Source: the human T2T-CHM13v2.0 reference genome, Homo sapiens. From it: DNA of 64,000 bases. Shown in pieces: positions 16,290 to 29,252 of this stretch. The stretch lies in assembly GCF_009914755.1 (NCBI RefSeq), contig NC_060925.1; one strand, written 5' to 3'. The notes under the pieces were generated by a model that was not told where the DNA came from, did no database searches, and saw nothing but the letters and a program-made list of their open reading frames with translations. The first letter of the stretch is position 1; every line of letters begins with the position of its first letter. Both the position numbers and the translations under genes were made by a program.

Positions 16290-16982
16290 GTTACCTTAAT
16301 ATGGAAGTGTCTAAATCGTTGAATTGTTTTAACTAAGATTTAAAATGCTGATTAATGTCAATAGACAATTGATATCAAATATTTAAATTCATTTTTTTAA
16401 AACAGGAGATGGGAGGCATTTAAAGAGTCACCCAGGGTTTTCAGGGGACATTTTTCAAATAATATATGCCTCCAGGGAGATTCTGATATACTTCCCTTGG
16501 AGGTAAAAGTCATACCGCTTAGTTGAGAATACTGGAATGCCATATGCAGATGAACTATATGAAGACCTAAAAAACGACTCACAGTTCAGAACCAGTGAGT
16601 TGAATTTTTACTAAGAACTATCAGAAAGTTGAGGCATTAACTGGATTTAGATATGTTATTCCCATGTATTCCAAATGCTAATAATTTCTGACTTTAATGG
16701 CATTAATTTTTCACTGCCGATGCTGTTACTTGTTTTCTGGAAAACTTCTTGATAAGTACACAGCTCTGGGAAATGTTACGATTTGTTTCAGTTGTCCAGT
16801 GTTTTATCTCTATTTGATAGATTCTTTTGCCATTTTGTTTTTCACCTTCTAAAAGGAAAAAAAAACTTTTAAAAAATCTTGTTGAAAATAGCAAGAACAT
16901 CCTAACAAGTCTGTAATGCAGCTACGCTCTCAGGCCCCAATTATGAATTTAGCTAAGTTTTATTGAATGTATACAGTACATT

Positions 16983-17499
16983 TGTATTTGTCAGGGTTCT
17001 CTAGAGGGACAGAACTAAGAGGATAGATTATATATATATATATATGTGAGTTTATTAAGGAGTATTAACTCATACAATCACAAGATCTCACAATAGGCCA
17101 TCTGCAAGCTGAGGAGTAAGGAAGCCAGTCTGAGTCCCAAAGCTGAAGAACTTGGAGTCCAAAAAAGAAAAAAAAGAAAAAAAAAGAAAAAAAAGAGAAC
17201 TTGGAGTTTGATGTTCAAGGGCAGGAAGCATCCAGTACGGGAGAAAGATGTAGGCTGGGAGGCTAAGCCAGTTTAGTCTTTACACATTTTTTTTTTTTTT
17301 TTTTTTTTGCCTGCTTTATATTCTAGCTGTGCCGGCAGCTGATTAGGTGGTACCCACCCAGATTAAGTATGGGTCTGCCTTTCCCAGCCCACTGACTCAA
17401 ATATTAATCTCCTTTGGTAACACCCTCACAGACACACCTAGGATCAATACTTTGCATCCTTCAATCCAATCAAGTTGACATTCAGTATTAACCATCACA
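16983..17499 (-). mobile_element. ERVL solo LTR, MLT2A1/A2
   Basis: tgtatttgtcagggttctctagagggacagaac...caatccaatcaagttgacattcagtattaaccatcaca. TG...CA ends with exact 5-bp TSD acatt (16978-16982, 17500-17504). Confidence 0.92.
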
Positions 17500-18749
17500 A
17501 CATTGATTTAAAAAAACTTGTGATAATATTCCCAAAATATGACTTTTGTAAAAAAAATGAAAGTAGTGCCACTATATTTATATATTCTCTGTATATTTGG
17601 GGTAGAAATTTTTAGATTAGAACTTTAACTTTTGGAATATTTACATCAGTTCTGGAATGGTTTACTTTCCCCGTTAAGGTCACTGTCTATTTCTGGGAGC
17701 AGTTAGAAGTCTTGGTTTTCCATTGAAGGAACTATGCATGTATGTGTTGCATTAAGAAGAAGTAAGAGTACCTAAATAAATGAACTACACACTGGCTTTC
17801 ACAAAAGTTGTTCTACAACTGAGTGTCTAATAGAGTTTTAAAGGTGGAGTGGTCATAGTCGAGCTTGTGAAATTTCTTTCCCATAGTAATTGGCCACTAG
17901 CTGACGGAAGCTATAGTGCCTTTGATTTACTTGTAACTTTCTGTTGCCAACCCAAATATTTCAGTTTCCTAACTGTCCAAGAAATGTACATTTTTATCTT
18001 GTTACTTCATATAATCATTGAGTCCTAAAAAAATAAAGAGTCATTTTAAATTCTCTTCCCAAGAGAAACCTTTTTTTCCCAAGAGCTGCATGTTGAGTTG
18101 GTTGCATTACAAATCATCAATTTCTGACTGTTGAAATGACCTTCTAGTAACACATAAAATTTGGTGCCCTCATGCCAAGGACGCAACTCAAGAAATTGTG
18201 ATGAGTGTTTGGGTGCCAAATTCTACTTTACTACTTCTCATAGGAATGTCCTGAGTGTGGGGATGTTTTCTGATTGTTTGAAGTTCTCAGAAAAAGACAT
18301 GACCTCTGTTTACATTGATAGATCATGAAGAGGAGCACGTCTAGAATATAAAAAAGACTTTTCTAACCTCCAGAATGCTAGAAAGCAGCAGGTTAAAGAA
18401 TCAAGGTCTTGGGATTTCCCTTTTAAATTGCAACACCGATTTCTTCCTCTTAGTGGATTTTAATAAAATATACTAAGTAATTTCAATGATGAAGGCCAAG
18501 TATCATGTCTCTCTTGCTCACTCTTATGTCACAAGGTCTAGCACATACTACATAGCAGATACGTGCTAAAAGTTTGTTGATCAATGAAATGAATAACCTT
18601 ATGGTGCCTGCTATAGCTATGCTACCTTATTATTTTTTTAATTTTATTTTACAGATTTAAGGGGTAAAGTGAAGTTTTGTTAACACGGATATCTTATGTA
18701 GTGATAAAGCCTGGGCTATTAGCGTAACCATCACCTGAATAGTGTACAT

Positions 18750-19063
18750 CAGCGGTCCTCAAACTTTTTGGCACCAGTGACTGGGTTTGTGGAACACAGT
18801 TTTTCCATGGACAGTGAAAGGATGTGGTTTGAGGATGAAACTGTTCTATCTTAGAACATTAGGCATTAGTTAGATTCTTATAAGGAGTGCACAACCTAGG
18901 TCCCTTCCATGCACAGTTCACGATAGGGTTTGTGCTCCTAGGAGAATCTAATTCCCTCATTGATATGACAGGAGGTAATGCTGCTCACCTCCTGCTGTGT
19001 GGCCCAGTTCCTAAGAGGCCACGGACTGGTATGGGTCCATGGTCTGGGTGTTGAGGACCCCTG
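18750..19063. mobile_element. MER1B (hAT-Charlie MITE) nested in L1
   Basis: cagcggtcctcaaac...gttgaggacccctg inverted termini. Exact 8-bp TSD gtgtacat (18742-18749, 19064-19071). Confidence 0.92.
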
Positions 19064-19306
19064 GTGTACATTGTACCCATTAGGTATTTTCTCATCCCTT
19101 ATCCCTGTTCCACCTTCCCACATTTCTCAGTCTCCAGTGTCTATTATTCCACTCCCTATGTCCATGCGTACACATTATTTAGCTTCCGCTTATAAGTGAG
19201 AATCTGACTTTCTGTTTCTGAGTTATTTCACTTATGATAAGGGCCTACAGTTCCATCTATGTTGCCACAAAAGACATAATTTAATTCTTCTTTTATGGCT
19301 GAGTTT

Positions 19307-19312
<6 letters not shown>

Positions 19313-19340
<28 letters not shown>
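19313..19340 (+). repeat. (TG)n microsatellite inside L1 3' region
   Basis: TG run followed by TA/CA-rich low-complexity sequence. Confidence 0.9.
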
Positions 19341-19343
<3 letters not shown>

Positions 19344-19982
19344 CTCACATATATACACTTTACACATACATATGTACACACACTGCACATACATATATAC
19401 ACACACTGCATTTTCTTTATCTAGTCAACTATTGATGTATACTTAGGTTGACTCCATATCTTTCCTATTGTGAATAGTGCTGCAATAAACACGAGTGCAG
19501 ATACCCTTTTGATATAATGATTCCTTTTTATTTGGGAAGGTACGCAGAAGTGGGATTGCTGGATCAAACGGTAGATCTATTTTTAGTTCTTTGAAAAATC
19601 CCCATACTCTTTTCCATAGAGGTTGTACTACTTTACATTTCCACCAGTAGTGTATACATGTTTCCTTTTCTCTGCATCCTCGACAACATCTGTTATTTGT
19701 TGACTTTTTAATAATAATCATTCTTACTGGTGTAAGATGGTATCTCATTGTGGTTTTAATTTGCATTTCTCTGATGATTGGTGATGTTAAGCATCTTTTC
19801 ATGTTTGTTGGCCATTTGTATGTCTTCATTTGCAAAATATATGTTCATGTCCTTTGCTCATTTTTGTTAATGGGGTTGTTTTTTTCCTGCTGAGTTGTTT
19901 GAATTCCTTGTAGATTCTGGATATTAGTCCTTTGTCAGATGCATACTTTGCAAATATGTTCTTCCGTTCTAAAAGTTGTCTC

Positions 19983-20265
19983 TTTGTTTTTTGGTTGGTT
20001 GTTTTTGAGACTGGGTCTTGCTCTGTTGCCCAGGATATAGTACAGAGGCACAAATCTCAGATCAATGTAACCTCAAACCTCTAGGCTTAAGCAGTCTTTC
20101 TGCCTCAGCTTTCTGATTAGCTGGGACAGGTGTGTGCTACCATATCTGGCTAATTAAAAACAATTTATTTTTGTAGAGATGCAGTCTCACTATATTGCCC
20201 AGGCTGGTCTTGAACTCCTGGCCTCAAGCAGTTCTCCTACCTTGGCCTTCCAAAGTGCTGAGATT
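19983..20265 (-). mobile_element. AluJ, 5' end removed
   Basis: gggtcttgctctgttgcccagg...ctcctggcctcaagc...ccaaagtgctgagatt, then an abrupt switch to L1 sequence. Confidence 0.85.
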
Positions 20266-20359
20266 CAAAGCTAATATTGATATGTAAGGTTTTGTTCCTG
20301 TCATAATGTTAATTGTTACCTAGTTGTTTTATAGTCTCATTTATGCAATTGCTTTATAA

Positions 20360-20709
<350 letters not shown>

Positions 20710-23159
20710 TTATAATGGTGGGTATTGACCTTTAATTTCAATGTTTAGATTTCTTTTGTGCATTTCTTCTAGGACCAGTCTGGTGGTGATGAGTTTCTTT
20801 AGCATTTACTCGTCTGGGAAAGACTTTACTTCTCCTTCATTTGTGAAGCCTAGTTTAGCAGAATGCAACATTCATGGTGGACAGTTTTTTTCTTTAAGAA
20901 TTATGGAAATAAGACCCTAATCTCTTCTACCTCATAAAGTGTCTGCTTAGAAGTCCAGTGTTAGTCTGATAGAGTTTCCTTTATAGGCAATTAGATGCTT
21001 TTCTCTTGCTGACTTTAGGCTGATGATTGTATGTCTTGCTTAAGTACTTCTTTCAATATATTTTCCTGAAGTTCTTTGAGCCTCTTAGATCTGGATGTCT
21101 AAATCTCTAGCAAGACTTGGGAAGTTTTCCTCAACTATTTTCTCAGATAGGTTTTACGAACTCTAGTTTTTCTTCTCCCTCAGGAATACCTCTGACTCCT
21201 AGATTTGAACATTTTACATAATCCCATGCTACTTGAAGTCTTTGTTCATTTTAACAAATTCTTTTTTTCTTTATATTTGTTTGACTGGGTTAATTCAAAA
21301 GACCTGCCTTCAGACTCTGAGATTCTTTCTTCTGCTTGTTCTAGTCTATTGTTAAAACTTTCAACTGTATTTTGTATTTCCTTCAATGAATTTTTCATTT
21401 CTAGAAGTTCTGGGGTTTTAAATATATCTATCTATCTCATTGATATATTTTTCCTTCATGTTCTAAGTTGTTCTTTTGATTTCTTTGTGTTGGTTTCCAA
21501 CTTTCTCTTGGATCTCATTGAGCTTTTTGAAAATCAACATTTTGAATTCTTTATCTGATATTACAAGAATTTTATTTTGATTAGGACCTACTACTAGAGA
21601 GTTAGTGTGGTCCTTTGGGGTGTTGTAACACTTTTTCATACTTTCAGAATTATGTCTTTGGTTCCTAATCATATGCATATACTATTTCTTATTTTGGAAT
21701 TTAATTTCATTTGGATACAACTTTTTTCTTCCTTTTTAGGATGTGACTATAATATATGTTGTTTAGGGTCTTTTGGCCTTGGTTCTAAGGGTGCTTTTGG
21801 TGGCAAAGTATCGTATAAGTTCCTTGGTTATAGATAGCCTCAGTGTGGTCACTTTCTTCAAATGCTGGTTGTAGTTGGGATATACTCTGCATGTGTGCAG
21901 GCTCATAGTCTCCTGCAGAGCTGGGTTGGTGGAAGTCTCAAGAGGCTTATCTTGTTCCCAAGTGCTATGCATTTGTGTCAGCAGATTTTGTATGGAGTTG
22001 TGCAGGTCAACCTCCAGGCCAGTAGAGGAGGAAACTCTCTGGTACCTTAGGCAGTGGGCTGGTCTGTGGGATGCCCAATGGCTTGGACTCCACTCTCAGC
22101 CCCAGAGTGGGGGTGAAGTTAGTTGGAGCTAGACTAGGAAGACTTGTCCTCAGATCTCCCAATGGCAGACACAAGGACCAGCCCTGATTGTGGGGGGAGT
22201 GGGGGCAAAAGTGCAAGAATGGTGTAGACTCTATGATTTCCTAGGTTATGAATACCCTTGGTGTGGTAGCTTTCTAGCTTTCTTAAATGCCCGTTGTAGT
22301 GGCAGGTAGGTCAGTGAGCTCAGGGCCTGCTGAGTAGCTGGGGTGTTTAGGGGCATGCTGGTAGCTGAGGTTTCACAAAACTTGTCTCCCACCCAAGCAC
22401 CATGCAGTTATGCCAGCAGATGTTATAATGGGCTGTGCAGGTGACCTCCTGGCCAGTAGGTGGCTCTTGCAAGAGAGACAGCTGTGGTAGTGCAATGGGA
22501 TTTATGCTTGACCTTTATTAACCAGAAATACTGAGCTGTCTCAGGTGATGGGTGGGGCTATGGAACTCCCAGGAGTCCCTGTCCCATGTTCTGCCACTGA
22601 GGTGGGTATCAGGAGCAAAACTGGATAGGGTTGGGTTGGGCACGCCCATATGTAGATACCCCAGTGATGGGTACAAGTACCAGCCCTGATGGGGTCAGAA
22701 GGCAGTTCTCAGGCTACTGGGGCAATGTTCTAGTGTGCAGCAGAGGTGCCTCTACCATGCCAAAGAGCCCACATGGAGAAAGAGGGGCGGCCCAGGCTCC
22801 ACAGCCTACAAGGTGATAGTGGGACCCACTTAGCTCACATGCACTTGATCGTGGTGTCTCTCCCCTACCCTTTGCTGGTGTCCAGAAGCTTGCCCTAGCT
22901 CCCAGTAATCTCAGCCAAGCAGGCTGCATTGCTTCCCTCTTTGCTTTCAGTGCTTCCCTTCACTTCTCTGTTGGATTCCAGTGTTCTCCCTTAGACGATC
23001 TAGTTGAAGTGTGAATATCTACTTACATTTTGGTTCCTCTCTGTGGAAAAGGTGAGTGCTAGCCACACCTAGTCAGTCATCTCAAACCCCTTCATCATGA
23101 TCACCTTATTTTAACTATATGTTGGAAATCATCCAGTCATCTGTTTAGTCTTTAGCATT

Positions 23160-23290
23160 TCCAAGCTATAATTTCCCCCTCTGTAAATATGACTAATTAT
23201 ATTTTATATAATATTTTATTTTACAGGTTGTTTTGAAGATTAGTGATAAGCACCTAATACATAGGAAACACTTATTAAATGGTAGGAAAT
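23160..23290 (+). mobile_element. MIR fragment
   Basis: ctctgtaaat...ttacaggttgttttgaagattag resembles the MIR core and tail. Confidence 0.45.
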
Positions 23291-24109
23291 ATTATAAATA
23301 ATTATAAATGGAACAACTTCAATTTCATGTTTAACTTCGTTTGCAAGTGAATTAGATCTTTCACTAAAAATGTGTCTAAAGTATTTGAATTAACCATACC
23401 CAATTTATGAATTGTCTTAGTATTTATGAACTGTTATGCTAAAGAGAAAATAAGTGTACTTACTATAGAAAAAAATATTTGGCCATCTATGAAACATGAA
23501 TGTCTGATAGCATTTCTTCTGTCTTATATTTGTGGAAAATAAAAGTATTTAAAAATATATTTATGTGTCAGCTAAGAAAGTAAACCACTGTTTTTAATAA
23601 TTTTATTAAAGAAGTGTTTGTACTCTTCTTGGGTCACTACTCTACTCTGATCTTTGCAGCTTTTAAAAACCTGTACAAAGCAAAAGATGAGATGTTTTGG
23701 ATACATCTAAAAACAAAACAAAACTTTGACAATGAACAAGCACAGTGCCACAACACCTGATATAACGACTGTACACAAGAGGTGCTTCATTTGTTTTCAG
23801 TTAAATTGAGTAGAAAAACAAATTACTTCCTGAAAGAAAAAAAGTATATAATGCTACTATGAAAGACTTGCATAGTTAGGGTTTGGTCAATAATTCAGAT
23901 TTATTCATGTTAGTGATGAGTGCCAAAACAGAAAGAAGTCGGTGGGCTAAGATATTGTCACTTGTGTGCTAAGAAAAATAAGTGCTCTGGAAAAAAATCG
24001 CAGCTCAAATGATTAGATCCATCCTTCTTCCACTTATTTCATGAGATATCCAACAACTGCAGGTTGTTCTAACGGTTCAGTACTCTAGGTTTGTAGTTTG
24101 GTCATTTGC

Positions 24110-25620
24110 TCCTTTATTCAACAAACACTGAGCTTCTGCAACATGCTAGATACTCACTTGGCCCTGAGATGGTGGAAAAGCAAAACCAGATGAAGTCCCT
24201 TCTCACTTTGGCTAACAGTCTTGTGGAGAGACAAAAATTGATTAAATAGTCACATTAAACAGTTGAAAATGTAAATGCGACTTAGAGAGTATGAACTAGT
24301 TCAATGATTCAGGCAAGAATTTCCTAAGGGGAGTGAAGACTGAACTAAATGGCAAGGAGGAATAACAGTTCATAAGAGGAAAGGTAGAGGGAAGAACAAT
24401 CTAGGGAACGGACAGAGAGGAAAGGTCCTATGGAATAAAAGTGTGCAAGGCAAGTAAGAGAAACTAAAAGGTGTGGAGGGAGTTAAGGATGGCTGGAGGC
24501 GTAGGTAGAAACTAGACCATGCAAGGCATTGTTGTCCATGCTTAGGAGTTTCAGTTGCATCCTATGAGCGATAGAAAGTCATTGGAAGGATTTAATTGGT
24601 AGATTATATAATCATGTTTATGTCCCAGAAAACATACTTCAGTTCCCTGTAGGGAATGGATTAGAGAGGAATTCATAGTGAATGATGGAAGAAATGTTAG
24701 GGCTCTTTACATACCCTAGGTTCTCTGAGAGATAAAAAGGACTAAGGTTGTGGTTGAGGAGATGAGAAAAAGTAGAGAAGTTCAAGAGCTATTTAATGGA
24801 TAAAATGGATAAGATTTAGTGATGGCTTGGGTAGGGGAGGAGTGAGGCTAGGCATGGGGTGAATCATGTCAACACCTAAGTTTTTGGATTGTGCAATTGG
24901 ATGAACATAGGTACTTTTCATAGACATGGGAACCAGTAGAAAATAATCAGATTGAAGGGTAGAGGTGAAATGATAAATTTTTGTTTTGACACATCAAACT
25001 ACAGATGATTTAGGGACATTTCGGTACAAATGTAGACTAGACATCTTGATATAAGAGATTCTGCGAAAGTTGCCTTAGACTAGAATCACCATGCGTAGTT
25101 TTTAACTGAGGCCCATTGGCATGGATGAAATCACCTAGGTAAAGTGTAGTACAATGGCCTAAGAATAGGCCTTTAGGAGCTGTAGAATCCTTATTTGCCA
25201 GGTAAGGAAGAAAGAGCACGCAACTGAAAGACCCAGAATCAAGGATGAAAGAGGAAAGAGAAAACCAGGACAATGTTATATCAAGGCCACCAAGGAAAGG
25301 GTGTGTTTTAAGAATGAGAGTGGTACCAAATGCTGTTGAGAGACCATGTGAGATGGAGACTGAAAAGTGCTTATTTGACTTAGTGTCATAAAGGTAATTG
25401 ACTTGACTCAGGATTGTTTTGGTGATGTGTCGGGAGAGAAGCCAGACTTAACTAAAATTGAAGCTTTGGTGGAGATGAAGAAATAGTGATCACAGATAAA
25501 TATTTCGGCAAGTTGTCTGTAAGTGGGGGGAGAAAGATGGAATGATAGTGAAAGAGAATAAGGGGAACAGGGAGGTGTTTTGTTGTTTTGTTTTTGTGTT
25601 TTATAAATTGTAGAAACTTG
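24110..25620 (-). mobile_element. L2 fragment (~1.5 kb)
   Basis: Starts with a reverse L2 tail ttattcaacaaacactgagc. Purine-rich L2 motifs agaccatgcaaggc, gatttagtgatggcttgg and caaatgctgttgagag. Confidence 0.7.
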
Positions 25621-25874
25621 AAAGCTTTAAAAGCTATGGAAAAGAGGGAGTATTTGGATATATGCAGTAGAGAGATAGAACTTTCCAGAAAAATAAAGCT
25701 CCTACTGCATATTTTTTCTCTTTGGCTCCTAGAATCCGAATGCTTATTTGCACAAATCTATGCATAGAGGATTGTCAGAATTCTCTGTGAATTTCTTGAG
25801 TCTCCCTCAAAATAACCTTCACAGAAGAAAAAGTATCTTTTTTAGTAAATGCCTCTACTAAAATTAGCAGAACC

Positions 25875-25916
25875 AAAAAAAAAAAAAAAAGCAAAAAAAA
25901 AAAAAAAAAACAAAAC
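25875..25916 (+). repeat. A-rich homopolymer tract
   Basis: Two A-runs split by gc, followed by caaaacaa. Confidence 0.9.
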
Positions 25917-28779
25917 AAGGAGGAAATTGACTTTGGGGAGTAAATATAGTAAGATAAAAAAGGGAAAGATAAGGTCCTGTAAACTTACTTTAACCTTAAT
26001 AAACACCTTAAATATATAGCTTTGACATCTTTATGACTACAGTTTCATTACAAACTTTCATCATAGTAACTTAAGTCTATAGAAGCAAAGATGAATATTT
26101 ATCTGTGGAATTCAAGCAACATCTGGTCATTTGAGCAGAAAGATCCATTATTTTTTCTTCAATAGCATTTTTTCTCCCAGTCAGTTTTACTTTCCAAAAC
26201 GATTTGTGGTGAGGGAAAAAAGGGAGTTGAAAAGTAAGTCTCTAACAAAAGATATTCTTTCAACATTTAAAAAATGGACAGAAAAGGATGAGGCAGAAAG
26301 GGCACTTTTGAATAGTTAGTACCTGTTTAGGAATAGGGAAGTGAGATTAGGTAGAATTCTACTTGTTCTCAAATTTCCTTATACTTCAGATACTACTTTT
26401 CATGCTAAAAATTTCTTTTTGATTTCTGTTAAAACCTTCTTATCCTCTCCTAACAACTTGTGTAAATTTAGGTAAGCCAACCCTTCAGTTTTGTCATCTA
26501 TAAAACAAAGGCATTGGAAGAGATTATATCCAAGTTGCCTTCCTGATCCAATATTCCAGGATTCAGCAAACTTTAGTCATTGCTTTTTGGCTATCATTCA
26601 ATTGCTGTCTTCAGAATACATCTTCTTGGATCCTCTAGTTATCTGTCAACAAAAATAAATTATTTGTCTTTATTTTTGAAATATTCCTCTTAGAGCCCCA
26701 GATGTGTGAATTGGTACAGAAAAGAGACATTTTTTTAAATTCATCTCTTTTCATACCTTCTAAATCAACCATTACAAAGAGTTTACTAGTCAGATTTTTT
26801 TAAAATTTTCATTTAAAAATTGAAATGGCTAAAGAGGGCATTTTATATGCTCTATGTTTTCAAAGTATAATTTTAGTTTTCCTAGTAACACTAACAAATT
26901 GCAAAGTTAATAACACTAACAATTACCCATAGAGTATTACAAAAATGGTATTAACAAATCCTTAATTTGTATGTCTGCTTACTGAAACATTGACTGCTTT
27001 GCACATTATAACTGCAGTCATCATGATTCTAGTGTTTGTTGAGTTGTGGTCTGTTTGACAGTCATCTGGAATGTTTATTACCTAAACTCAAATAACTAGA
27101 TCTTTTTCTTCTAAATACCTTGAGAGTGCTTCACTGACTAAAGGAAAAGGAAGCCTGATTTACTTTAATACTACAGCTTCATTTCCTGCAAGATCTCAGG
27201 ATTGATCATGGAATCCCACAACTCAAAGTCTTTATGAATTTTTTTAGTAGTGTGGATTTTTAAAAACAGGTTTAGGACTTTCAACTCAAAGCTTTTAGGT
27301 TTCTTTTTAAAACGAGTTCTTTTAGCACTAACTAGACCTTCTACCTCTCCTTCCAACCATTACTTCATTTTGTGTCTGTTTTTCACACCTTTAGGACATT
27401 TCTTAAATGTGTCCTTACTTTGACCTGATTCCGCAGAAATTCTTATTTATGTCTTAATTGTTTCCTGTCATGGCTGTAGTAGTTCCTTCTTTATAGTCTT
27501 CCTAAATCCCTGCTCTTTAAACTTCAGAGGGGGCTTAGAATGTTATGACGAGACTACAGATTCCTGCTGTTAGAAAGTAATGTGCTTTGTATTGAGGTAA
27601 TGTTTATTGACCTAGTTTTAAAAAAAACTATACTATTTCTCTATTGACTTGTTGTAATAGTTTGGTTAGAAAAATGGATGAGATTAGCATTTGGAAGGAA
27701 TTGTACACCTGACAGATTCTAGTGGAAAATGTATCTTGAACCATTTTAATTAAGTTTTTAGTGGGGAAAAATTATTCTGATGGCATATTTTCCTTACATT
27801 GATGGCAGTCTTTTATTTAAATTTCACTTGCCTAACCTTACACTGGGAGCATGAGAAAAGCTTGTGAGATACAATAGCATTTTTAAAAAATTCTAAAGAC
27901 ATTAAAATACTTTTCACAGTTATAAGTACAGTAGAATTTGCAACATTTTAAATTTTATTTCCCAAAATATTTTTTATTGGTACTCCAACCCCCAGATATG
28001 CTTATGAAATGGACAAGTGACAGTTTTGTACCCCCATCCTCTAATTATCAAGTGCAGAGGCCAAAAAGTTCAAATATCTTCCCTCTGAAAATAGTAAAAA
28101 TTTTGTCATTACATAATAACATTTAGGTAGAGATGACAATTTGGTGTGTGTGTGAAATGAAAGTGACTGACTATTTCATTGGTACTTCTGAGCTTTATGG
28201 GAATTATAGTTGAGTTTTTGTCATATCTCATTATTGATAAAGGACAAAAAAGGAATACATGTATTCTATATCCCTCAAAAATATTTAGGCAAAGTTACTT
28301 TAGAGAAACATTTTAACCATGTGATCTTTTTGCAAATTTATTCTGGAAAGCAGGATTTTGCTGTAGTGTATGTGCTATTTCTCTCCTTCCCTCTCTCTGT
28401 CACTGCCTCTCTCTACTGCGTATGTCTAACCCTGACCCATGCTGCACAAAAGGTACTTCTGAAGGTATTGTGAGCAGCACAGCATGTCAGCCTTGTGTCC
28501 TGCTCCTATATTGGTAGAGTCAATACTTGAGCTGATTCTGGTGCAGACAAAATATGTGCTCTAATCATTACCATTTGGTGCCACATTCATGGTTAGGGCA
28601 TGGTTCATTTTCCATTTATTTTTTTTACATAGAGCTAAAAAAGATCCTATCATTTTTATTCCTAGGGAAAATATTCCCCATTGTGGAAGAGTCATTCTAG
28701 CTTAAGAAATTAAGAGCTGATTGTAGAGTGAATCCAAGCATGTACAAACTTGATATAATAATAATAATAATATAATAAT

Positions 28780-29000
28780 AGGTAACTTTTATTAAGAGCT
28801 TGTTACATATTATAGTTCTAAGTTCTTTCATTTATTAACTCATTTAAATAACTCTACGAAGTAGTTCTATTTTACCCCCATTTCATAGATGAGGAAACTG
28901 TCATTAAGAGATTAAATGCCTGAACAACTAATAAGAGACAGAAATGGGATTCAAGCACACTCAGACTCTGGAGCCCACATTCTTAAGCAGTAGTCTCTAC
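28780..29000 (-). mobile_element. MIR preceded by (TAA)n
   Basis: cccatttcatagatgaggaaactg...gggattcaag...agactctggagccc. Confidence 0.7.
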
Positions 29001-29086
29001 TCCTTCCAATATGTAGGGAGTGCTTTTCTCAGATTTACTTTGTATGTTTATGAGCCCTAACAGGAAAGTTTTATCCAGCAACAAAT

Positions 29087-29252
29087 GCTGGACTTGGTGG
29101 CACACATCTATAGTCTTAAGCTACTCAGGAGGCTGAGGTAGGAGGATTGCTTGAGCCCAGGAGGTCAAGGCTTCAGTGAGTTGTGATCATGCCACTTCGC
29201 TGTAGCCTGGGCAACAGAGTAAGACCCTGTCTCAAAAAAAAAAAAAAAAAAA
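29087..29252 (+). mobile_element. Alu right monomer (FRAM/AluJ right arm)
   Basis: ggaggattgcttgagcccaggaggtcaagg...gaccctgtctc plus poly(A). No left arm. Confidence 0.85.

Noticed and set aside
17891-17910. ggccactagctgacggaag as a CTCF site
   Set aside because: It mismatches the most informative GRKGGC positions.
25875-25916. A-tract as a second orphan poly(A) insertion
   Set aside because: No flanking target-site duplication is visible.
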